Below, piece by piece: positions 1-10,200 of a stretch of 64,000 bases of DNA (position 1 is the first letter of the stretch; the number at the start of each line of letters is the position of its first letter). A program made the position numbers and the translations under genes. The stretch is from NCBI GenBank assembly GCA_950097015.1, contig CATNEN010000007.1, forward strand, positions 2,542,001 to 2,606,000, given 5' to 3'. This DNA is from Macrostomum hystrix (lineage: Eukaryota; Animalia; Platyhelminthes). The notes beneath the pieces are model-generated. The model was given only the letters and a program-made list of their open reading frames with translations, made no database searches and was not told the DNA's origin.

Positions 1-1110
1 AGACCCCTCTCTGTTAGACAGACCCCTCCCCTGTTAGACAGACCCCTCTCTGTTAGACAGTCCGCTCTCTGTTAGACAGACCCCTCTCTGTTAGACAGAC
101 CACTCTCTGTTAGACAGACCCCTCTCTGTTAGACAGACCGCTCTCTGTTAGACAGACCCCTCTCTGTTAGACAGACCCCTCCCCTGTTAGACAGACCCCT
201 CTCTGTTAGACAGTCCGCTCTCTGTTAGACAGACCCCTCTCTGTTAGACAGACCACTCTCTGTTAGACAGACCCCTCTCTGTTAGACAGACCACTCTCTG
301 TTAGACAGACCCCTCTCTGTTAGACAGTCCGCTCCCTGTTAGACAGGCCCTACTATGTTTGACAGACCCCTCCCCTGTTAGACAGACCCCTCTCTGTTAG
401 ACAGACCCCTCTCTGTTAGACAGACCCCTCTCTGTTAGACAGACCCCTCCCCTGTTAGACAGACCCCTCTCTGTTAGACAGTCCGCTCTCTGTTAGACAG
501 ACCCCTCTCTGTTAGACAGACCACTCTCTGTTAGACAGACCCCTCTCTGTTAGACAGACCACTCTCTGTTAGACAGACCGCTCCCTGTTAGACAGACCAC
601 TCTCTGTTAGACAGACCGCTCCCTGTTAGACAGACCGCTCCCTGTTAGACAGACCACTCTCTGTTAGACAGACCACTCTCTGTTAGACAGACCACTCTCT
701 GTTAGACAGACCCCTCTCTGTTAGACAGACCACTCTCTGTTAGACAGACCGCTCCCTGTTAGACAGACCACTCTCTGTTAGACAGACCACTCTCTGTTAG
801 ACAGACCGCTCCCTGTTAGACAGACCGCTCCCTGTTAGACAGGCCCTACTCTGTTTGACAGACCCCTCTCTGTTTGACAGACCCCTCTCTGTTAGACAGA
901 CCCCTCTCTGTTAGACAGACCGCTCCCTGTTAGACAGGCCCTACTCTGTTTGACAGACCCCTCTCTGTTAGACAGACCCCTCTCTGTTAGACAGACCCCT
1001 CTCTGTTAGACAGACCGCTCCCTGTTAGACAGACCCTACTCTGTTTGACAGATCGCTTACCTGTTTAACAGACAGCTCATCTGTTTGACAGACCGCTCCC
1101 CAGTTATACA
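1..1110. repeat. 19-20 bp tandem minisatellite (GTTAGACAGACCCCTCTCT), probably in an SLC6 intron
   Basis: Unit repeated continuously from base 1 and decaying near 1100. Confidence 0.95.
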
Positions 1111-1343
1111 GACCCTGTTATAGGGACTAAGAGTATTTTACTGTCTAGGGTTCAAAGAGGATATCCGCGGGATTTAAAATAGCAAACCATATATACAGTC
1201 ATTTGCGGAATACCCACGCAAACACTTTTATCCTCCTTTCTGTCAGACTTGAATTATCCATTATCCCCATCCTTCAATGCGCCATCATTATGGAAATCCT
1301 TCAAGCTTAGAGAGCCCAATAAGTGTGAGCTCAGGGTACTCAC

Positions 1344-2388
1344 TCTGGCTGCTCCAGCTGCCGCAGTACGACCAGGGCAGGCGGCTGGTGAACGAGGCGA
1401 ACAGGTACCAGAATGACCAGGCCATCAGTACGTTGTAGTAGATAGCGCACAGTGCCGACACCAACACCATACTGATGCCCATGCCTGCAGTGTTTGGCGG
1501 CCTCAGCTGCGATATTTGAATCAGATATAGGTGCGTGGGGATTGGGGAAGGGATTGGGGAAGGGATTGGTGGAGGGTTTGGGGAAGGGATTGGTGGAGGG
1601 TTTGGGGAAGGAATTGGGGTAGGGTTTGGGAAGGGATTGGGGGAGGGTTTGGGGAAGGGATTGGGGAAGGGATTGGGGAAGGGATTGGTGAAGGGTTTGG
1701 GAAAGGGATTGGGGAAGGGATCGGGAAAGGGATTGGTGGAGGGTTTGGGGAAGGGATTGGGGAAGGGATTGGGGAAGGGATTGGTGAAGGGTTTGGGAAA
1801 GGGATTGGGGAAGGGATTGAGGAACGGAAAAGGGAAGGGATTGATGAAGGAATTTGGGTAGGGTTTGGGGAAGGGATTGGGGTAGGGTTTGGAAATGGAT
1901 TGGGGAAGGGATTGGAAGGAATTGATGAAGGGATAGTGGAAGGGATTGGAGAAGAAAATAGGGAACAATAGAGTGATGGGATTTGGGGTTTGGGATTTGT
2001 GGAAGGGTTTGGGGAAGAGAAGGCAGTGATTGGAGCGGATTGTCACCTTTAAAAATGGGAGCGAACTCCCAGCAGCGCAGCGGCCCGGAGCTGCTGAACT
2101 GGCCCAGGCTGAGCTCCAGCATGAAGATCGGCGTCCCGCTGAACAGCAGGAAGGCGAAGAATGGGATCAGGAAGGCGCCTAAAGAAATGGGAAATTTTTT
2201 TTATCGCGACATTTTTAGACTTTCAATGCCTCCAGAACTGACTATCATAATTATTTTACCTCCGCCGTTCTTGTAGCACAGGTAGGGGAAGCGCCAGACA
2301 TTGCCGAGACCCACTGCGCAGCCGAGGCAGCTGAGGAAGAAGTCCAGCTTCCCCGTCCAGTTGCCGCGCTCCGCGTTTTCGTCGCCAC
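1344..2388 (-). CDS. SLC6 sodium/chloride-dependent neurotransmitter or amino acid transporter, 5' exons only; gene continues beyond the left edge
   Basis: Exons 2388-2260 ([42 protein letters not shown]), 2178-2047 (GAFLIPFF...[24 protein letters not shown]) and 1484-1344 ([32 protein letters not shown]). All have GT-AG boundaries and matching phase 1. The [10 protein letters not shown] and YYN motifs are SLC6 signatures. Confidence 0.93.
1530..1960. repeat. G-rich 12-bp tandem repeat (GGGGAAGGGATT) in SLC6 intron
   Basis: Visible array that generates the spurious PNPF and GEGI ORFs. Confidence 0.9.
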
Positions 2389-2499
2389 CTTCGAAGGCAA
2401 GCAATAGGCCGCGCTTCTTGGCCAGCTGCAGCATCAGCTGGCGAGTTAGAGTTGAAGGCAAAAGTTTAGTGACTAACAGCCGAATTTTTACGGCAATTG

Positions 2500-3470
2500 G
2501 AGCCTGAATGTTCAGGGCAGTTAGAGCCTGAATGTTCAGGGCAGTTAGAGCCTGAATGTTCAGGGCAGTTAGAGCCTGAATGCTCAGGGCAGTTTGAGCC
2601 TGAATGTTCAGGGCAGTTGGAGCCTGAATGTTCAGGGCAGTTGGAGCCTGAATGTTCAGGGCAGTTAGAGCCTGAATGTTCAGGGCAGTTGGAGCCTGAA
2701 TGTTCAGGGCAGTTGGAGCCTGAATGTTCAGGGCAGTTAGAGACTGAATGTTCAGGGCAGTTTGAGACAGAATGTTCAGGACAGTTAGAGCCTGAATGTT
2801 CAGGGCAGTTGGAGCCTGAATGTTCAGGGCAGTTAGAGACTGAATGTTCAGGGCAGTTAGAGCCTGAATGTTCAGGACAGTTAGAGCCTGAATGTTCAGG
2901 GCAGTTGGAGCCTGAATGTTCAGGGCAGTTGGAGCCTGAATGTTCAGGGCAGTTAGAGACTGAATGTTCAGGGCAGTTTGAGACAGAATGTTCAGGACAG
3001 TTAGAGCCTGAATGTTCAGGGCAGTTGGAGCCTGAATGTTCAGGGCAGTTAGAGACTGAATGTTCAGGGCAGTTAGAGCCTGAATGTTCAGGACAGTTAG
3101 AGCCTGAATGTTCAGGGCAGTTGGAGCCTGAATGTTCAGGGCAGTTAGAGCCTGAATGTTCAGGACAGTTAGAGCCTGAATGTTCAGGGCAGTTGGAGCC
3201 TGAATGTTCAGGGCAGTTTGAGTCTGAATGTTTAGGGCAGTTAGAGCCTGAATGTTCAGGGCAGTTGGAGCCTGAATGTTCAGGGCAGTTGGAGCCTGAA
3301 TGTTCAGGGCAGTTAGAGACAGAATGTTCAGGGCCATTGAAGACTGAATGTTCAGGGCAGTTGGAGCGTGAATGTTCAGGGCAGTTAGAGACTGAATGTT
3401 CAGGTCAGTTAGAGACTGAATGTTCAGGGCAGTTAGAGCCTGAATGTTCAGGGCAGTTTGAGTCTGAACT
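2500..3470. repeat. 24-bp tandem repeat (GAGCCTGAATGTTCAGGGCAGTTA), about 40 units
   Basis: Visible array. The minus-strand frame reading TALNIQAL is open and in frame with the SLC6 exon. Confidence 0.95.
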
Positions 3471-4059
3471 TTGTGACCGACCTCTTTTTGGTTTCTTTCG
3501 ATTTTATCCAGAGTAGCTCGGATCTCCTTGACATCCGTTGCCATAGCAGCAGCAAAACCAGACGGCTGGTTGTCGCTAGCGGACATTTTGTGTACCTCTT
3601 CTGAGAGACTGCTCAAACTTTGCAGCGATTTGCAGAGCCTTATGCGCTAAGAACACAGCGGGACTGCATTTAAACACGAGAGCGTTGATTATAGGTGGGG
3701 GCTTGGGTACACACTGAACCTGCCTCTGACCTGGGCGGGGGGGGCTTGGGTCCAAGATATTTCATTGACTAAATAACAAACAGAAGGTAGGGCTGAGAAC
3801 CGCACCGCAAATAACAGTAAGGCCAAAAAGTGAATAAATTTCCGGCCAATTTATTCTCATGAGAAATTTTTGCTAATTAAATTGCGCGGGGACGCTTGTT
3901 TGCTTAATTGCTATTCTATTATTTTTTTATTATTCATATTGCTATAGAAGCAAGCAAATTCGATACATGACCGTTAGAAGAAAAACATTATTTCATTGTT
4001 TATTTCTTGCTAATGCTGAAAGACATAAATAAAAAACATACCCCCTAATTTAAAACATC

Positions 4060-5690
4060 AAGCTCCCAATCCAATTCTTCCACTCCCCAATCCAATTCTT
4101 CCACTCCCCAATCCAATTCTTCCACTCTCCAATCCAATTCTTCCACTCCCCAATCCAATTCTTCCACTCCCCAATCCAATTCTTCCACTCCCCAATCCAA
4201 TTCTTCCACTCCCCAATCCAATTCTTCCACTCCCCAATCCAATTCTTCCACTCCCCAATCCAATTCTTCCACTCCCCAATCCAATTCTTCCACTCCCCAA
4301 TCCAATTCTTCCACTCCCCAATCCAATTCTTCCACTCCCCAATCCAATTCTTCCACTCCCCAATCCAATTCTTCCACTCCCCAATCCAATTCTTCCACTC
4401 CCCAATCAAATTCTTCCACTCCCCAATCCAAGTCTTCCACTCCCCAATCCAATTCTTCCACTCCCCAATCCAATTCTTCCACTCCCCAATCCAATTCTTC
4501 CACTCCCCAATCCAATTCTTCCACTCTCCAATCCAATTCTTCCACTCCCCAATCCAATTCTTCCACTCCCCAATCCAATTCTTCCACTCCCCAATCCAAT
4601 TCTTCCACTCCCCAATCCAATTCTTCCACTCCCCAATCCAATTCTTCCACTCCCCAATCCAATTCTTCCACTCCCCAATCCAATTCTTCCACTCCCCAAT
4701 CCAATTCTTCCACTCCCCAATCCAATTCTTCCACTCCCCAATCCAATTCTTCCACTCCCCAATCCAATTCTTCCACTCTCCAATCCAATTCTTCCACTCT
4801 CCAATCCAATTCTTCCACTCCCCAATCCAATTCTTCCACTCCCCAATCCAATTCTTCCACTCCCCAATCCAATTCTTCCACTCTCCAATCCAATTCTTCC
4901 ACTCCCCAATCCAATTCTTCCACTCCCCAATCCAATTCTTCCACTCCCCAATCCAATTCTTCCACTCCCCAATCCAATTCTTCCACTCCCCAATCCAATT
5001 CTTCCACACCCCAATCCAATTCTTCCACTCTCCAATCCAATTCTTCCACTCCCCAATCCAATTCTTCCACTCTCCAATCCAATTCTTCCACTCTCCAATC
5101 CAATTCTTCCACTCCCCAATCCAATTCTTCCACTCCCCAATCCAATTCTTCCACTCTCCAATCCAATTCTTCCACTCCCCAATCCAATTCTTCCACTCCC
5201 CAATCCAATTCTTCCACTCCCCAATCCAATTCTTCCACTCCCCAATCCAATTCTTCCACTCCCCAATCCAATTCTTCCACACCCCAATCCAATTCTTCCA
5301 CTCCCCAATCCAATTCTTCCACTCCCCAATCCAATTCTTCCACTCTCCAATCCAATTCTTCCACTCCCCAATCCAATTCTTCCACTCCCCAATCCAATTC
5401 TTCCACTCTCCAATCCAATTCTTCCACTCCCCAATCCAATTCTTCCACTCTCCAATCCAATTCTTCAACTCCCCAATCCAATTCATCCACTCCCCAATTC
5501 AACTCTTTCACTCCCCAATTCAACTTTTTCACTCCCCAACATAACTCTTTCACTCCCCAATCCAGCAAGCGGCAGGACACAGTTCACTCCCCAATCCAGC
5601 AAGCGGCAGGACACAGTTCACTCCCCAATCCAGCAAGCGGCAGGACACAGTTCACTCCCCAATCCAGCAAGCGGCAGGACACAGTGCTGT
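4060..5690. repeat. 21-bp tandem repeat (CCAATCCAATTCTTCCACTCC) ending in about 4 copies of a longer derived unit
   Basis: Visible array 4060-5560; the TTCACTCCCCAATCCAGCAAGCGGCAGGACACAG unit repeats at 5560-5690. Confidence 0.95.
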
Positions 5691-5716
5691 CCTTGTGCTA
5701 AAAATGAAACTGCTAA

Positions 5717-6200
5717 TCAAACGCTTGAGACACACTCCGCCAAGGCCCCGTCGTACTGATTCGATGCGAGGTCGTCATCGTTCAGTTTCTGCGTGGGGGG
5801 ACCAAAACAACGCGTAGTTCTCATTTCCGTTAAAGTTGTCCGGCTGTCCGCTGGCCCACAGGCTCCCGTCAAAGCTGCATGGAGTTGTAGCTTACCCAAA
5901 ACCAACCACCCACTGGCTCAGCGCTACCCGGCCACTGACTGCCACCAAGAAGCAGTTTGTAAAGACTGTAGCTGGTCAGTATGCCCCAGTCCACGCTTGT
6001 GGACTGGCTTCACAAACCTGGATGCAGCAGTCAGCTCATATCTACCAGTAATCAGTAAAATTGAGCTAAGACAGTTTGAAGTGGCGCTGTCAGGGACGAC
6101 TGAAGCATCGTTTGTAGCATGTTCTTATGTAGTCCTTGGCTGCTGTGTCTTCAAGGAACGTCACGGATTGACAATCCTAAGCGCCAATTGCCTACTTGCA
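5717..6200 (-). pseudogene. Degenerate PAN/C-type lectin paralog of the gene at 8049-8786
   Basis: Pieces match the intact copy: LLGGSQWPGSAEPVGGWFWVSYNS, SFDGSLWASGQPDNFNGNENYA and LNDDDLASNQYDGALAECVS. They are broken by an apparent 4-nt insertion near 5880, a +1 in the G run at 5795-5800 and upstream stops. Confidence 0.75.
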
Positions 6201-6600
6201 GCGACAGAGTCACGTCAAACATATCAGAAAAAAATAATTAATTAAATACAATTAAAAGCAATTTTGAGTTTAAGGACTGGATTCGATTTATCACTTAGAA
6301 TGTAGCTCTTAATATTATACTGAAAAATAGTAGGTAAGCTAAAAGCAACTTACTCGCTAAAATATTGAAACAATTGCTTATTGTTTGCAGCGAATGAAGT
6401 GGCGAGCGTACATTACTTTAATTTTCTCGACCTTAAAAAACTCAGCAAAGCGTGAGGCCTTTAGCATCACGTACTGGATATATATGAATAAAATTGAAGC
6501 CTCAAAACTAGGTTACAAAATAATAAGCGAATGAGAATAGTTGTTTTAGGGTTAGGGTTAGTTTTCTTACACAAAGCAATAAAAATAAAAAGGTCACTTT

Positions 6601-7203
6601 TCAACGTTGATTTGCAGCGGCCGCGGCCGCCTCCGCCTTGATGGCAATTCTCAACTCATCGCACAGGCGCACAATTCGATCTGCTTCAGTGGCGAGCAAT
6701 GACAGCTGCGGCTGCTGCTGCTGCAGCTGTGCTAGAATCGCGTCTGGTCGCAGGTAGAGAGACAGGTCCACAAATGGATCGCTGTCGGGACCAGAAGATG
6801 AGTAGAAGTCGCCCTCGGCAACGCACGCATCGACCCCGATGCCGTCGTTCAGGTAAAACCGCCGGGCCCGCCGTCGATGCCGAATGCCGACGATGCGATC
6901 CCGCATGGCCTGTGGCACTCGCTCGCTAACGCGCAACCGATCGCCCGGAGCCGTCCGGACGTAGGGGAACGCTTCGGCAGTTCCGAACAGGCGGCGATGA
7001 ATTCCGGAGTCGCTGGTGACCTGCGCAGAGGTGGTCACCGTGATTCGATTGTCCACTGATGCGCCGTGACCCTCAGTGGGGTCGGCATTGTCCAGCAGGG
7101 TAACGTGTAGCCAGTTCAACGGGCGCTCCTCGACCCGTTCCAACTGCAGGCTGGCATTGTGGCACAGCACAGCCTCATAGGAGGCGGACACTCGGACATT
7201 GAC
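6601..7203 (-). CDS. Probable terminal exon of the helicase-RdRP-NTase gene (alternatively a separate ~202-aa gene of unknown function)
   Basis: GC-rich, non-repetitive 200-codon frame with a phase-0 acceptor (TGCAG|GTC at 7204/7203). It matches the phase-0 donor AAG|GTGAGC at 9369/9368. Confidence 0.55.
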   Translation of the reverse strand, partial: VNVRVSASYEAVLCHNASLQLERVEERPLNWLHVTLLDNADPTEGHGASVDNRITVTTSAQVTSDSGIHRRLFGTAEAFPYVRTAPGDRLRVSERVPQAMRDRIVGIRHRRRARRFYLNDGIGVDACVAEGDFYSSSGPDSDPFVDLSLYLRPDAILAQLQQQQPQLSLLATEADRIVRLCDELRIAIKAEAAAAAANQR

Positions 7204-10200
7204 CTGCATCAATGTTTGCGAATCAGCTATTTAGAAAGAGAGCAATGGAGGCGCTCTAGTGACACTGCACCTGATTCTACATTAACTCTTGCCAGCTAAG
7301 CAAAGCAAGTTGACTCCTTGATTTAGTATAGAGTATGGACCATTGGGTCGATGGATGGACCACGATGTTGGCCATCGTGAGAGGTTTGCACTGACTGGCC
7401 ATTTTGGTACCGAGCACACAAGGAAGTATATTGAACCAAGACAGCAGACCTATGAAACAACTTCCAGAATCACAAATAATCTGCATCTTCGAGACATTCA
7501 ACGATTCTCGTGGGGCGTCTGGTGGAAAAAGCACCAATATAGGCAAAAATATTCTGCTATCAAAGTTTCTTTATGTCGGCTATAACTGCTGGTTATAATG
7601 TACTAATTATATTGTTAATTGATACACTTTTGAACCAATTCGCCAAAGAGGTTTATACAGAGTAATGTCAGTTGTGCTTGTCACCAGGGTCTTCGACAGG
7701 AATCGCTGAATATCTCGAAAATGTTTACGTCGGATTTGAAAGTTAGTCGGATTTGTAAAGAACAGAAAATTTTGATCCAGATGGTGGGCTTTCACAAAAA
7801 TCGGTCTTTGGTTTGGGGGCTATTGTGAAGTAGACAGCTCATTTAGGTATCCTTCGGGAAAATTTTAGTGCCTGAGCAAGTGCTCTAGGATCAGATTATC
7901 GATGTATTTTAGAGGTTTACATTTGACGATGAGCTTTGTTTAGTTTTCAGCAGTCAGAATGGTCAAACGTTGAATTGCGCTCAGATTTCAAAGCTGGTGT
8001 TTCTGAACCCGCTTTCCTTAGCATCGGGAACTCTTCTAGCTCGTACAACTAGGTGAACGGAGAGACACACTCCGCCATGGCTCCTTTATACTCATTGCTG
8101 GTTAGCATACCATCGTTCAATTCGGGTGCCGAGGACCACATAGTAGCGTAGTTCTCGCCGCCACCACTGTTGTCTGGCTGCCAGAAGCTCCAAAGTCGAC
8201 TATCAATGCTGGAATTGCAGCTCACCCAGTACCAGCCTCCGGCTGGCTCAGCGCTGCCCGGCAGCTGCGTGCCCCCGAGTAGTGCGCTAAGCGAGTCGAT
8301 GCGAGCCAGTATGCCTCTGATGTGAGCCAGCTCAGCTGAGTCCGTGACGTCAGCCATGGTTGTGAGGCCTGGCAGTGAGTCGATTGAAGTCTTGGCTAGG
8401 TTCCAGTTCTTGAGATCCGAGTACAGCTTGTACTTGGTGCCGCAGAAGTCGTCAGCGAACCCGGCAGGACACAGAGTTCCGGCCGGCAGTCCCGACTGCT
8501 GCTTCACAAACACCTGCTTGATGCGAGTGCAGCTGCAGTCTCTCACGTACTTGCTGCACCTGTTGAACACGAACAGCTGGCACGGACCGTCGGCCACGCT
8601 GAATGCCTGGCAGTCAGTTGTTCCATCGCACAGACTAGCGCACTCCAGGTCAGATCTCGAGCTTAAGCGAGTCACTATGAACTGGGGCCTGAGACACAGC
8701 AGCCCAGGGACTTCATTGAAGATATTCGAATAGGCCAGCAGAGCTTTCGTCAGATAAACTACGATTACCAATGCCTTAGCAACCATTTTTTTGTATCTTG
8801 GTTGTGTTGTCTGACCGGACGCGAGCGCGATTAAGGTGTAAAATTTTACTGACGTGAAGCTTTTTAAGAGCTTAGTTTAACTGCTAAAGGTAGTAAAAGT
8901 CCCAAGTGACCTGAGCTTGGCTGTTTGCTTTTAAGGCTCAGGTAAATCTTCAGAGTGAGCTGTGAAGAATTGCAGTGCCGATGTGTCCGATGAATCTACA
9001 AGTCAACTATGCCAGCTGTCTGGATTACATCAACTGGACACCCACGCCTTGAAATCACGATTCTAGAAATTTCTCTTCTACGAGCTAAAAGCATCCACAG
9101 CGGATACCCCAAAGCTCCTAAAAGGAGTAAAGCCCTGATAGATTGAAGCCCATTAACAATGAAAACGCCTTTCAAATTTGCAAAAATGTCTGAAACGTAA
9201 TGGCAAGGTGAATCTGTCAGATCTCAGAATTTTCTCAGAATCTGTCAGATCATCAAATCAAACTCTGTTGTTTAAGCTCTGAAATCGCAGCTGTGGCTTA
9301 GAAGTAGCATGGCAGGAATTCGGAATCAGATCATAATTAGGAGAGTCACAACGAGGTGATAAGCTCACCTTGACTTCATGGCCCATCCGCTCCGGCAACG
9401 CGATGGTCGCCTCCGTCTGCACGAATCCCAAGCGAAGCAGAGCTTTAGAGAAGATCTCAAAGTCACCCTCGGAGCGCTGCGGCCGACGGCGCAGGCGTTC
9501 AGCGGTTGACGCCGGGTCAGCTTCAGCCGACTGCAGCCGGTAGAGGCCGCAGCCGAAGCCGCAGCCGAGGCGGCGATTCCGGCGGGCGGACTTCGCCGGC
9601 AGCGAGTTTGATGGCCGCTTGGAAGCCGACGGCTCGCCGTTTTCGTCGCGGCGACGCTTGTTGCCAGTTGACAGCGGCACCATCGGGACAGCGCCTAGAT
9701 GGTCGCGCTCGCTTTGAACAGTGGGCGGCGGCGGCGCCGGCTCAAAAGGCTGTCTGTCGAAGCTGTGTCGATACTTCTGACCCTTGGCCACGAAAGCGGC
9801 CATCTCTGCCAGCGAAAGGCTGGTTTGGGTGGCCGGCAGCGCCTCATCAGCGTTCAACAGGTAGAACTGGCCAGGCCGGATTGTCAGCTCCAGACTGGCC
9901 GCCAGATCGGACCGGCCAGTCGGCATGCCGGAAACCTGAGTGCAAATTATTTAGGGAGAAATTTGTTTCGCGAAGTGCAATGATGAGACGCGTTGTCAGT
10001 CAATTTTTTCGGATTTCTCACCTGCCGCATGAGCGCTTGGAACAGTCGTCTGGCAGCTGCTGAAAGCCAAAGCTCCCTGTCAGGACAGTCGGGGGGCGGG
10101 CACCTCAGGAGGCTGGCCGGCTTGAGCCGATGATCGCCTATCAAGCCCGAGACGCAGTTTAACAGGCGAAAACGGCAATCGTCAGACAGGCAACCGACTG

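Noticed and set aside
4045-5580. Long ORFs of VEELDWG, EWKNWIG and GRIGLGS repeats
   Set aside because: All frames are open only because the 21-bp unit lacks stops on that strand; there are no unique coding flanks.
6545-6562. TTAGGG telomere-like motif
   Set aside because: Only about two units, compatible with chance.
7488-7719. 20-bp inverted repeat (TTCGAGACATTCAACGATTC and its complement)
   Set aside because: Short, and similar motifs occur near 17924 and 21184, so it is probably a decayed dispersed element with no supportable function.
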